This document shows, piece after piece, positions 23,001 through 36,011 of a DNA stretch of 64,000 nt. Position 1 is the first letter of the stretch. Every line of letters begins with the position of its first letter. The translations under genes were made by a program, and so were the position numbers. Origin of the DNA: Nymphaea colorata. Its lineage: Eukaryota. The stretch lies in the NCBI RefSeq assembly GCF_008831285.2, contig NC_045138.2, positions 4,898,001 to 4,962,000 on the forward strand, written 5' to 3'. Below the pieces are notes generated by a model. It saw only the letters and a list, made by a program, of their open reading frames with translations. It had not been told where the DNA came from and did no database searches.

Positions 23001-24370
23001 ACTCTTCACAAAATAATTATGATTTTATGTTCATATTTGGAATCATGTTTTTCAAAAGATTTTTCAAAATAAATACTCTATCTAATGAGGCTCTTGTACG
23101 AGTCCAAGTTCCTTTCCAGCTACATAGAAAAATTGACGTCGGACATTTTCAATTCATTTCTTGGTTTTAACTCTCATGAAAATATATACGTATATACATG
23201 TTATATATGTATATGTGCACATGACTATCTCTCTTTGTCCATTATTTTTTGTGATTTAACACATTCTTTTACAAATTCTCATATTTGTATATATGAATAT
23301 ATATACCTGTATATATCTCTCTCTCTCTTTTTCTCTCTCTGAAGTCTTCTTTTTCCTTAAAAATCTCTTTTTCTCTAAAATCTTTCTTTTTCTTAATTTC
23401 TAAAATCTTCTTCTTCCTCTCCATTCGATTTGATATGTCCTTTTTATAAAGCTTCACATATGTGTATATATATATATAAGTACGTATGTGTATACGTACC
23501 TCTCTCTCTTTCTTTTTAAAAATATTTTATTTTGTAATTTTAAAATCTCTTTCTCTCTTTTTTTGTCTCTATTCCTCTCGAAATAAAGTATTTTCTCTTT
23601 TACAATTTTTTGAATATTTTCTCCCAAGATCTAAGGTCTTCACTTTCTATTTGTCAACTTCATCAAGACCAAAGTCAAGTAATGACTCAATATTGGAATC
23701 GTATTTGACGGTCTACAATCTCATTCCATTTTTTAAAAAAAAAATCCCTTTTTTTAACAATATTTATGTCAAAATGAGAAACTTAGATGCATGTGATGGT
23801 ATGAATACTTTTAGATGAATGTCATGGTAGGAATGAATGATTTTTTTTTAATCATATAGGATTAATGCATTCATACATTCACTTTCACTTAACATCACGA
23901 ATGATCACAAGCTCATCTTTAAAAGAATTTAAGCAAGATGAGTTAGAGCTCTAAGTAGGTAGTAATCAAATTAGAGCAAAATCTCAAACCTACTTAAAAT
24001 TTTAAGAGGACAATAAAGTTACTTTAAAAAATGATCTCCAAAGTTTTTCATATGATATTTGTAAAGATTTCTCTATTCAAAATGTTTTACACTCTCAAAT
24101 GATTCTCCAAAACTTTCTCAAAATCTTGAAACATAAAATCTTCAACATTTTCTCAAACACTAAACTATATATAGAATGAAAAAAATGTTTAAGCCAAAAC
24201 GAAATGCATTAAGGATAAGCATAGCCCTTGGATTGGTTACCGCCATTAAATGCGCTGGGAACAGTTAATCCTCATACCCACAGGTGAGTCCCTTTCTTTC
24301 TCATTTTAAAATAAAACTTCATTTTTTTAGAGCACTCCAAAAACCAAAATAAATTTTTTGGATGCGAACA
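20050..24370 (+). mobile_element. Older, internally deleted Ogre-family element: distal part of 5' LTR (20050-20860), degenerate PBS, ~0.6 kb internal remnant, 3' LTR (~21480-24370)
   Basis: Both LTR segments end GATGCGAACA (20860, 24370) and share diagnostic variants. TAGCAACTATGATGGGAC after 20860 resembles the Ogre tRNA-Arg PBS TGGCGACTCYGCTGGGGAC. Confidence 0.7.
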
Positions 24371-25031
24371 CCAGCTTTCAAATGTTTGTATACTAAATAT
24401 ACAAAGATATATGTTGAAACTAATGCCTTGTCCAGATTGACAGAATATTTATCTAAAATTGAATCCAAATCCAAATCTGATCTATTGACATTTTTTAAAT
24501 CCAAATACATCCAATTTTTTTCATCTGATCTTAATCCTTTATTTCTACATCTAATTCAGTCAAATATTGGATCCATTGATATCCTTAGCAGTTAGCTCTG
24601 CCCTTAAATAAAGATAAGAAACGCTCTTCTTTAATAGAGAAGATATTCATTGTCTAAAGAATGGGAAGAAATTGGACAACCCTTCTCCTCCAAAAGATGA
24701 TAATTTTTAATTGGAAATTTGTTTTTATTACATTATTACTCGTGATTAAATGCAGATAATGTCATAAAAATATATTATTATATTATTGCAGAAAACTAAA
24801 GGTGTTAAATACATTGTTAAAAAAAATAATTACGTATCATCACTAAATATGTATTGCTAACAACTTTTAAGGTTTTTTAGTTAATTTTACTATTTATTTT
24901 TCCCGTTCCAGAATAAACTTATGGCCCCCACTACTAATTGTGGTCACCAGAGAACTTTCTTTATTCCCAAGGGGTTCCTTATGGAAGAAAAAAAGAAAAG
25001 CACATGGAATCTATTCTTTTATGTGTTAAAC

Positions 25032-25234
25032 TAGGGGCGAAGGGAGGTGTGGGCTGCGTAGGGTGTATGCCCCATGAAGAGACTCCAAAACCCTGTTTTT
25101 AATCGTTGGATCTGGTTAGATTTGGGTATTTGGATCAGCCCCACCAGACCCGGGTCGCTGCACCAAGGCCAATTGAAAATTTATTACCTATATATGTAGT
25201 GCCCCTTAGACAAAAATTTCTTGCTCCACCCCTG
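25032..25234. mobile_element. hAT-type MITE (YAGGGGCGG family)
   Basis: TIRs TAGGGGCG.../...CACCCCTG with a perfect 8-bp TSD TGTTAAAC at 25024-25031 and 25235-25242. Confidence 0.85.
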
Positions 25235-26089
25235 TGTTAAACACAAAAGAAACATCTTTCTCAACTGATGAATTCCACCGACAAAAACAGCTCATGTATA
25301 AAAATTATTTGGCTGTGGCTACACATCACACCGATGTTTTGACAAGTGACTTGGCAGTCCATGTGTTGAAACCTTTTTTAAAATGTACAAGAAGGAATAA
25401 CAACAACCTTTAGAGGGTGTTTGATAATAAAAACATTGCATTCTTTAGAACATAGCTTTCTTACTTTGGAACGATGTCTTATACTCAGAACAAGAGTACT
25501 ATATGGTAGGGGAGGGTCAACCCAAAAACCCTAGATGAGGAGTGGATAAGAAGGCAAGAGATAAAATCCTGAGTTCTCATCTTATCCATAGCTTAGAAGG
25601 CGGGCAACGTGAAGAACCTTGATGATCTTCGGAGCCCGTGATTTTATTCTATCACTGTTAGTTTACTTACTATTCATCAAATAGTTTTTAATCTTTGCAA
25701 TTTGTAGTTTGTACGGTACAAAATGTGTGGAAGACTGATGTGAGGAAGAATTGTATAATATATACTGTCATCTCTCTCTCTCTGTCTCTCTCTCGATATA
25801 TATATATATATATATATAGTGTCCTTTATTGTTTTGAATATTTTGAATTTTGTTTTCTAAGGTTTATTCACTTAATGATTTACTCATTCATGTAAGTTAT
25901 AAGTTGTACTTGTATTAGTGTAGCATCATTATTGTGTAGCTTTTAAACATTTTTATTTAATGTTTATGTCAACTTTCTGAAGTTTCCTTTTTTTCTTTAA
26001 CTCTTAGAAGCCATAGAAGGAGCAGCATTTTAGACTTCAGTTCAGAGGAAGGATCTTCAAACACCTTTTCATTTTCTCGAGGAAAAGAT

Positions 26090-26830
26090 TCTGCATGGGA
26101 GTGGGATTCCGTCCTGATAAGCAAAAGAAAAAAGAAAGACAATGTAAGATGTCCTTGTTGCCATAAACAAATGAGTGGTGGCATCAATAGATTTAGGCAT
26201 CATCCTGTTAGAGTAAATCGAGATGTTGAACCATATAATGATGTGGCAAACTAGGAGAGAGAAAACTTGTAAATATTTAGAGTCATTTAAGGAACAAAAG
26301 AGTTATAAGAGGCACATTGTCAATGAAATTGGTTTTTTTTCATATGAATGGGGATGAAAATTATGAAATAGACTTGTCAGAAGCCCTAAGTATTCAAAGA
26401 GGATAAATGTTTATTGCAACAAATGCACAAGAAAACCAAAATAGAACACATGATTCTTTTGTTCAAGCTAAAGCAATAGCTCTATCAAAGAAACAATTTG
26501 GCATAAGAACAACAATGGATAAGAAGGCAAGAGATAAATTGTGCTCAGCAGTGGAAAGGTTCTTCTGTCATTGAAAAATTCATTTTAATGCAACAAATTC
26601 CTCTTAATTTCATTAAGATACTTGAAATTTGCTCGTCCATAGGAATGATGTTAAAGCCACCTTTATCATATGAATTTTTCGGACCATTATGAAAGAAGTG
26701 AAAAAAAATGATAAACACTTTAAAGAATACAAGGAATCATGGTCTGAAACTGGTTGCTCTATCATGGCAATGGTTGGAAAGATGCTAATCATAGAACATT
26801 AATAACTTTTTTGGTTCATTCTCCAAGAAA
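26090..26830 (+). pseudogene. hAT transposase fragment (BED zinc finger and DUF659-like region)
   Basis: KDNVRCPCCHKQMSGGINRFRHH (BED finger) and EYKESWSETGCSIMA.GWKDANHRTLI.FLVHSP; frameshifted and truncated. Confidence 0.85.
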
Positions 26831-26840
26831 AAAAAAGTTA

Positions 26841-29070
26841 CTATGGATGGGTTTGTTTCACCAATGATTTCATATCACCACTATCGTCAGTGGTAATCTG
26901 AAATCCTTAGGATCTCAGGTCCATGGATTTAAAGTCCGACCCGCTCCCATTCGACCTTCCATCCCTGGCTTTGAACATATAACATGGATTTTAAATCCAC
27001 ATTACTGAGTTCTTCAGTTTAAACAAACTTAGGATCTTTGGAAGTACATCTTTTAAGGTAGTCTCGAATCTAAGTTCCAATACTATCAGTATGTCATTCA
27101 TGGCCTTTCACAGCATTCAAAAACTTTGGGAAAGGCTTCTTCTGACTTCAGACATAAGCGTGGGCATCGGGCCGGCCCGGTACCCTTTTTCGAGCCGGTT
27201 ACCGGGTACCTACTGGTTGCCCGGCCAGGTGTGCAGGCTTATTCAGCCAGTGTGGGGCTGAAGAAGGGGGGGATTAGTGATTTTGGCTGACATTTAATAA
27301 ATGCAAGCAAAAGTCACATACACACACACACTATATATATATATATATACCAATCTTGTACGCATTTCAGTTAGACTACCAAAGCTCCCAGTAGAGCGTT
27401 GGTCTTTCAGAGTTTTCAAAGGCTTTGTGGGAGCCATTGGCACTCTTTTCATTGAAGCGGATGCTTTCACCAAAACCATAGCACACTCCGGTTTTGCTTG
27501 TATCAACACAGAAATCATTTGGATTTTCGGCCAGTATTAAAAGTTCAAGTAGAAGTTAAAAGAAGGGTGCATTCTGTCACTCTCGGTTGAATATGAAACA
27601 AAGGTGAAATATTGCCAAACCTGTGTTGCCACAAGTCATTTTGATAATGTTTGTATGGCAAGGTCATGAAAGAGTTATCAGGCGAACCTTCCTACCAGCA
27701 CTTGGACCAATGTTAAAACTCCAAAGAGAAAGCCATGGATTAGCAGCAAAGCTGTAGGAAAAGGATTACACAATAAGTTTGATCTTCTGCAGACTGCGAG
27801 CAGTAAAGTGGATGAAGAATACGCTGGTCCTTCTCCGCCAATTAAAGATAACTACTTTACTCTCCAATATGACAAGGGGATCCCTGAACCACCAACAAGC
27901 AAAGTATAAAAAGTAATGCACACGCCCATCAAATCTATGCTAGAAAAGATGACGAGGGGTTTGGGTGATGCAATGGAGATATGTGCCAATGCCAATAAGA
28001 TGAATTCATCTCCTCCTCCTGGTTTCACTCCTAAGAAAAATAGAAGGGGTCGAGAGTCATCAGCTAGAGGAAAGGAAAGGACCAATGTTGAGGTGGCAGG
28101 GTCTAGCTTACCCATCAAAGTTAGGGCTCAAAAGTACTCCCTATAGTGTAAAGAGCTCAGTGCTTTTAAAAAGAAAAGCATCACCATTAAGCAGCCAAAG
28201 GATCCACCTAAGTAGAGCATGCTGCAGGACAATAGTCTCGCTGGTAACTCTTGCATAGGCATAGATGACATGGTGTCAGAGGACAACCTTGGAGAGGGGC
28301 AGTTCATCAGTTCTGATATGCCCATGGTGTCCCCAAGACTTTTGGATGGTGTCCCCAATACTTATGGATATAGACAGTAGCGGAGCTACTAGGGGGCTGG
28401 TGTGAGCAACTACCCACCCAGCCTATGTAAACCCTTGTAAAAATTTTATTATAATGATGCAGGAATTCAGTCTAGCCATATGTAGTGCTCACATCGGACC
28501 CAACTCAGTGCCCTGTAGCTCTATATGCACATGATCCATTGCAATAACAAGATGGATTAATGCCCCTTAGCTAAAACTTTTTGGCTTTGGCACTGAATGT
28601 CGATCAGCATGGTCAGCACGAAGGGAAGGAGAATAGCTTAGACACTTCTCCAACCGGTGTTGTCTAGCAGGGTGGGGAGTCTTCTAATGCTGGCCATAAA
28701 ATTTGATGTTTCTGATTTGAATCCAAAGTTTGAGGGTACCACTAAAAGGGATGATTGCATCACTATGAAACCATTAGATGGAATGAAGTGAAAGTTGATA
28801 GAAGCAGCGCATCGCTGTTGTAGGAACAGAAACCTGAAGGCAAGTTCTATGCTGCAAATGAACACCATCAAAGTGTAAAGAGGCTGTCTGGAAGCAGGGC
28901 TTAAACATTTGTATTTTGCTGCTTTTTCTGAACTTGGTAGGCTGTAGGAATTTGGGTGACCTTTACTTGTGTGACGTGAAGTCCCTTTTATGAAGTTTTA
29001 TGTTTTGGGATAAGGTTCTCTTGGATCCCATTTTTTTGTTGTACATGAAACCCTATTTCTTCATTATTAA
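26841..29070 (+). mobile_element. Degenerate LINE remnant: ORF1 (DUF4283-like plus CCHC knuckle) and probable 3' end, with MITE insertions
   Basis: ISVRLPKLPVERWS..GAIGTLFIEADAFT..GFACINTEI and VEYETKVKYCQTCVATSHFDNVC match plant L1 ORF1. MITE-like inserts near 27155-27300 and 28375-28595. Confidence 0.7.
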
Positions 29071-29470
29071 AGGTCGGGGCCCTATCCCTAACGCAGACTT
29101 TATCCGGAATATTACGTTGGGCCTTGTCCTCTATTATCATGTTTGATTTAGATATTTTCTTTTGCAATATAGAGAAAGAGTATGTGCATTTCTTATTTTT
29201 CCTTGTAGATTGAAGGTCATATGTTTAGAGAAAGAAAGAGAGAGAGAGAGAGAAAGAAAGAATTTTTATTGGCTGATATATTTTTTGCATGCTTTATCAA
29301 GTACATATTTTCTACCATACATATAGAGAGAGATATATATAAAAATGAAAATATTTCTTGTCTTCCTTTGCACTGTAGATTTTAGATAGTGCATATATGT
29401 AGGCACACATACACTATATATATATATATATATCCTGGTTTCTACCAATTTCTCTCGAGAGAGAAAAATT

Positions 29471-29849
29471 GGTAGAAACCAGGCCATTAAGTCAGGGACA
29501 AAACCAGATTGTTTAAATGTGATCTTTTTTTTTTTTTTTTGAATCTAACCTTAACCGGTAGGATCTTAAGAATAGGTTGATGTAAAACATATAATAAGTT
29601 CGTCACCGTCTGCACTTTAATAGTATTTTTATAATAAGCAGAAAATGAATGGCACTCCATAACATCAACATTTTGATAATAAAAAAAACTACATTTTTCA
29701 AAAAAAAAAAAAACTTGAATCAAAGCATGTTTTCTACCGAAACAGTTTTACAAATATATTAAGACATTTATATTTTATTTAAAATAAACTTTTAGCCAAC
29801 AATTAAAGGGTCTGGTTTTCATTCCTGACCTAATGGTCTCGTTTCTACC
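29471..29849. mobile_element. MITE with ~35-bp TIRs
   Basis: ggtagaaaccaggccattaagtcagggacaaaaccaga ... tctggttttcattcctgacctaatggtctcgtttctacc. Related copies at ~30770-31060, 39735-40070, 44887-45238, 47663-47980 and 57540-58993. Confidence 0.75.
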
Positions 29850-30505
29850 TAACTATATATCATTATCCTTTTTCTCTTAATTGATACTTTTACTAAAGTG
29901 TTAGAAGCAGCAGAAAAAAAAATCACTTGATGATTATCAACAAAAGCGTTATATAGGCTCATATTGGAAACAATTGCTAGAATTTAACCAATAAAATCGA
30001 AAATTTTCATATAAGATAAAACTTGTCCCTTTGTGGGGTCATACCACTGAAAGCATCTCTGCAACTTTTTATAGCAAGAAGCCAATTGAATGCTGAAAAG
30101 GACATCCCAATGAATGAATACGGCGAATAAGTCCCTCCAGCGGCCAACTTGAGACTGACTTTAATGAATTATTGAAGGACCATGCACGATGATAACGTGC
30201 TCAATTTCTGTCCACATAATATCTTATTTAGCCAGATCTGATCTTTCCATCACCGCTCCCCTACCACCATACCACCAGTGGCCCAGTCAGAAAAATAAAA
30301 TTTTTAGATAGCCACTCATTCGTTAGATTTTCATATCTGAAGGGACACTCACATATATAATAAAGCAAATATTTAAAGATGTTAATGTGAAAATAAAAAA
30401 ACATTAACTGGCTCTGCCACTGCCTACCACTGAATATGCATTAAAGTGGTGTTTACGTGATTTATTTTCTCGGGTACTTATATTTCATATTGTATTTATC
30501 CCACA

Positions 30506-30544
<39 letters not shown>

Positions 30545-33500
30545 CCTTCGTAAGGATCACTACCGATTCCCACTTTGATTTTGATTGAACTTTTTCATGT
30601 ATCCGATGTGAGTAAACAAAGGCACCTGATGATCATATATAACAAAAACACTGTAGGAGAAATGCAATTTTATGTCAAAAAAACCATCTCCTTCTTCACT
30701 CTATATATATATACGTATGAGTGATTGGTTGAAACCACACCCTTTTAATATAATATGTAATTTTTTTTTGAAAGCTAACCTTACCAATATGAGCTTAAAG
30801 ATGGGTTGATGCAAAATATGTATTTAGTTGATCATTTTTTGGGGTTTTAATAATGTTTTTATAATAAGCAAAAATAATTGGCTCCCATAGTTTCAACATT
30901 TTGATTGTAGAAAAATCAACTTTTTTCATAAAAAACAACTCGATTCAGCATGTTATATATCAAAATAGTTTTTATAAATATATTAGAACGTTTATATTTT
31001 TTTTAAATGGATTTTTAGCAAAATATTAAAGGGTTTGCTTTTTGTCCCTGACTTTAGGGTCCAGTTTATATATATGTATAAAATACAAACACAGATGCAT
31101 ATTATATGGAAGCTACATTTCTCCTACTTTTTCCATGGTTGGGATAAGGAGGACAATTTGCCGACAGGGATAAATTGCTCCATTGAATGCAATGACAGAT
31201 CAAAGATTTCGGCCGATAAGGAAACAGCGAACGTGGATTGGATTCCAATCTGGCAACACGTGATGCAATTCTGAAGAGCAATAATAAATCTGTCGTGTCT
31301 AGACAAGAGAAGAAGGTCAGAATCAAATTCTGAAGCAAATAGTGCCCAGTCAGAAATTTTTCACTAAGGGACATTAAAACTGTAATTAAAATTTTGTAAA
31401 GGGCAATCAATGTATGAATAAATAACATGACCATGAGGTACTAGTACTACTGGCTGAAGAAGAAACTTGTGTGGGTTGGCGCTCTGTAGGGATGGAGCCA
31501 AGGAGGGGCCCGCATGTGCTGTGGACCCGCTTGAAAAATGATATTTCGACCCGTGTGAAACTTTAGAAACATTAATTTAACCCTCCTCATGAAAAAATTC
31601 TAGCTTTGCCCCTAGCACTGTGGCCAGTGGTGTGTTTTTGTGTATAAATTTCGAAATCAGCCCGTCATTTCTATGGTTCTATGATTGGATGGTTTTTTTT
31701 TTTCTCTAAAAATCATCTTAAAATAGTAGCAAAGTAACTTGCCATTGCAAATGCAACTATTGCAATAATGATCCCAAAAAAAGTAAATTAACTATCCAGC
31801 GAAAGATAGCCAGTTAAATTGTGATTATGGTTTTTAGAGTCACACAGCCGTCTAATTAGGTCTGTCTGATAGAGATTTTGATCATATAATATTAGTTTAT
31901 ACTATTTTCTCTTTGTTTTTTGTTTCAATCATTCATTGCTTAATTTTAAGCATTTGAGGTGTGTGAGGTAACTGTATTTTCAATTGCCAAGAGCTGTCAG
32001 AAGCGCAGCTAGAAATTTAAGGCTAAGAACATACACTAGCTCTAGTGGCTGGACCCAGGACATAAGTCCACTCTTCATTGAAAACCTGCAGGAATCAACA
32101 GCAACTGCCCACACAGGTCCACACGTAGCTCAACCACTGAGAGCAGCGCAGGTTCCTTTCACTAATTTCTCAAAATATATTACCTTCTCTCAACAAAAAT
32201 GTACGTATTTGTGCTTCCAGCCTTAAACTTTTAATGCCATTATTGCGCGAATGCTTTCCGGAACCATTCAAATGCATTAACTGAATCTCACTTGAGTACT
32301 ATTGAGAAATTAATCATGAAAGATCGATATAGATGCGTGTATGTGGACACAAATGAAGCATTGGGTAGTTCAATTCATAAAAATCAGTCTGAAATTGGTG
32401 ATCATCTGTCTTGGCTTCTTTCTACGAAAAAGGTGCAGATGGTTCCAGTAGTATGACGCCAGGATGAACCGATATTATTTTATAAGAAATAATATCATTT
32501 GACTCAATATTTTGAATGTGAGCCTTGAATTTCCGATTTTCTAACTAGTGAAGGTTTTCTATGCTGCTCCTAAGTTTTAGATAAAACATAGTAAATAAGA
32601 AAGCTGTTATATATATATAATTAGGATTTCACTGTCCAAGTTTAGACGGAGAAATCCTCCACTTCTCATAGCACATCATTTTATGCATTTCATGTTTAAT
32701 CACAGCCCTTTGATACATTGCATCATGTTTCATGATTGGATGGAGGTAAAGTTGACCGGTCAACTCAAGCATAGGGATTGATTGCGTGCACACTTTTGTA
32801 CACGCAACAACTATGCACCAAGAAAAAAGAAAAAAAAAAGAGGCAGTTGCGTTTTAGAATTTTTTTTAAAGCTATGTACATTTTAGTCTTTTAATATTTT
32901 TATAATTCTCATTTTATCCTTTCAAAAGTGTTTCTTTTTCCCTTGTATATATAGAGTTTTTTTTTTCTTTTTTACTCCATAGCCACGAAGGTAAAGGGTA
33001 CTTGGACATGACCACGACTCAGACTTTAGTTTTTAAAAAAAATTGGATTACCTTGCCACCGAATACGCTACCACCTACATCACGTTATTACATTGTAGAG
33101 TTATACACAAAGAAGCATTAAAGTCAAAAGCACTTACAAATATACTTCAATCATAACTTTGGTGCCCTTTTAAACTCAAATCCACCAGCTGTAATTTTAG
33201 TTTTTTTGAAAGGTTTCTATCATTTCAGTTTAGGAATTAATATGTTCCTTTCAGCATCTTAATTATCTATCCTAATTCTTAGGCTACGCTGGTACTTCAT
33301 CCAGAAAAGACTGTCTATGTACAAACACAGACTGAATTCATCTGTGAACAAAAAAGTGTTGTTACAGACAGACCTATTCTCAACCCTAATTTGACTTAAA
33401 AGATAGAAACCAAGACAATCGAGATTAAACTTTACAATTCAATCTAACCAACGGTTTAGCTGAGAACTTGAGTACATCATGAGAATGGCCGCGACATGAT

Positions 33501-34256
33501 CATCAGAACCACCTATGTTGTCTATTAGAACAGAAAATCCAACACCTCCATGCTCTCCAAATCAGCACAAAACTGGCGATTGATCGAGAAAACTGCCAAT
33601 TGGGTATTATTGTTAGTTGGCTTCTTGGCTATGAAATAAGCAGAGGAAATTAAGATAAATCATAATTTAATCACACAGATCTATGAAGATGGCAGGTGCT
33701 TTACCGTCTCCAAGTGAAAACTTTACTTCCTTATGCAGTCGATCCTGCCTTAAACTTTTACTTTTGGCCCTCTTAATAAACGCTTCATAAGAACGATTCA
33801 ATTCAATGGTAAGTGAAAATTTGATGGAAAGATCAGATTTAACATCATTTTTGATACCCCGTTCTACTACCACTGTCATGCATCCCTCATTTCTGTATTA
33901 GCATCATTGCTGAACTACCTTCGAATGGTATTTTATGCAAAAGTAGCATACTAATTGCTTGCATTGACTATTGTTCATGGTACAGAAGAAGGAAATTTCC
34001 AAGTATGGCACCATACAGAATGACTCTAATCACCAAAAGAGAGAGTTTCAATGAGATGCCGAAGAAGCTTACAATGGGATCATGTCAGACCCGCCAGGAA
34101 ATTAATTAAGCCACCATACTCAGCAGTCACGAAGAAAACTGCGGATCATTGATGGTAGCTACTCGACTTATATGGACTAAACAAGCTGCAGAGAAGAAAG
34201 AAATCATGGCTGACCTGCCGGCGACCAAGTGGTTCGCCGTCAACAAACTAGCTTGA

Positions 34257-35165
34257 TCAAACAAGGTCCACATCACTATCACCTGCATTGAGATCCTCGA
34301 TTCGCCGTGCAATTAGGTCGACGCCGAAGATCCGGACGAACTGACCTCTTTGTTCTGGCTCTTCCGCGGGCTCTTGATCACTTTCCCACTTCTGCGGTTC
34401 GATCTCGTCTCCTTCGACATGCTTCCAACGTATGTAGTTCGTCTCCTCCGGCCCCGCCGACCTCAAGAAGGAGACCACGTCCCCTGCCCTGAGCCCCTTC
34501 TCCCTAACGAATCCTCTCCAGCCCCTCGTCAGCACGTAGCTCTGGCTGCTGCTCCAGTACGTGTATTTGATCCTCCACACCCGGCTGCCTTCGTCCTCAA
34601 ACTTCAGCAGCGTGCCGTCTTTCCAGCGGTCGGCGGCCAAGGGGAAGAACTCCTCGGCCAGGTGCTTGGGGATCACGAGCCTGTTGAGCTTCCCCACGTC
34701 GCTCGGCGTCAAAACCTTGTCGAAGAGCTCCCTTTTCTCCGGCGGGCAAGCCCCAGGCCTCGGCCACGCTGAGGGGGAGGAGACGAGAGAATCTGCTTCT
34801 GCCTTTTCCTCGAAAAGCGTCAGCTCGTCGTGGTAGGTGTTTCTCCTGAGCATGTCGACGACTTCTTCTTCGGAATGAGACCGGAGGAAGGAGGCCTGGT
34901 ACTGGTCCTCCCACACGGCCGGGAAGTTGGTGGTCGCTTCCTCGCTTCTGTACTTCACCGCCGCTATGTCGTAGGCCACCGCCGCCTCCACCTCCGTGGG
35001 AAACGTCCCCAGCCAGACGCGGTGATGCTTCTCGTAAATCTGGGCTCCCCATTTCCCGTTTGGCTGAGGAACGACGCCCTTGAAGCGGGAGGATGGAAGT
35101 TTCCGGATGCCTGGCCGCCAAAGCCTGCCGATCTCGTTGTCCGACTGGTCGCTGTCTCTCTCCAT
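34257..35165 (-). CDS. RAV: AP2/ERF and B3 domain-containing transcription repressor, RAV/TEMPRANILLO family (302 aa, intronless)
   Basis: GC-rich uninterrupted ORF with AP2 domain ([39 protein letters not shown]), B3 domain ([41 protein letters not shown]) and the C-terminal repression motif RIFGVDL. Confidence 0.97.
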   Translation of the reverse strand: MERDSDQSDNEIGRLWRPGIRKLPSSRFKGVVPQPNGKWGAQIYEKHHRVWLGTFPTEVEAAVAYDIAAVKYRSEEATTNFPAVWEDQYQASFLRSHSEEEVVDMLRRNTYHDELTLFEEKAEADSLVSSPSAWPRPGACPPEKRELFDKVLTPSDVGKLNRLVIPKHLAEEFFPLAADRWKDGTLLKFEDEGSRVWRIKYTYWSSSQSYVLTRGWRGFVREKGLRAGDVVSFLRSAGPEETNYIRWKHVEGDEIEPQKWESDQEPAEEPEQRGQFVRIFGVDLIARRIEDLNAGDSDVDLV

Positions 35166-35284
35166 GCAATCTAACCACTAGCAATGCTAGAGAACAGGAA
35201 CTGAGTTGTTCAACGAGCCTTTGAGAGATTCGGGAATATAGCCCTCTTCACATACAGCCCCTGCCCACCTCTCTCTCTCTCCCC

Positions 35285-35313
35285 TATATATATACCCTAT
35301 ATATATATATATA
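35285..35313 (-). promoter_or_regulatory. TATA-rich core promoter candidate for the RAV gene
   Basis: (TA)n tracts 120-150 bp upstream of the ATG, followed on the minus strand by a GA repeat. Confidence 0.45.
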
Positions 35314-35957
35314 GGGGAAGAGAGAGAAAAAACAATTAAAAACAGACAGCTACCTATGTATCTTGATGGGTATTCTTTTATTTGTATGGCTGACAATTGT
35401 TGGAAAAGGTGCATTTGGCGATGGTGCTGACTTAGCTATGGGTGCACTTTTTTATGACATTTTTTAGTGACACAAAACTTTTAAAATAAAAATTATTTTG
35501 CCATATAAATAGTGGGGTTTTATATATACCCAACCATAGGAGATAGATAATTAAGAGAAAAACAAAATAAAAAAATATATAAACTAATACTATATAATAT
35601 AAACACCTATCACTTTTTTCTTCCTGCTTTTCTTTTAACCATCCACCATATTATATGAAGATTGTTAGGTGACCTTACAAAACCAGAGTCATTATCAATA
35701 TACATCATCAATTCTGGGTCGTCTAGTGATAGACCGAACGGTTTAGATCTCCTAACTCTCCCCACGTGAACTTTATCTTTTGCTCCTCTCTTTCCCTCAA
35801 TCCCTTTCTCATCATGTTGCAAGGGGAGCCGTCGGGGGCTCCTTGCAACAAGATGAGAAAGGGAGAGAAAGAGAGAGTTCACACGGAGAGAGGAAGGGAG
35901 GGGAAGACCGGAAATATGAGCCATTAGATTTAAGATTAAACGGTTCAGATTTGATTT

Positions 35958-36011
<54 letters not shown>

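Noticed and set aside
31102..31434. Possible orphan exon on the minus strand
   Set aside because: An acceptor-like site exists, but there is no recognisable protein similarity or partner exon.
34307..35184. Overlapping ORFs of 61-195 aa on other frames and strands
   Set aside because: By-products of the GC-rich RAV coding sequence; no recognisable motifs.
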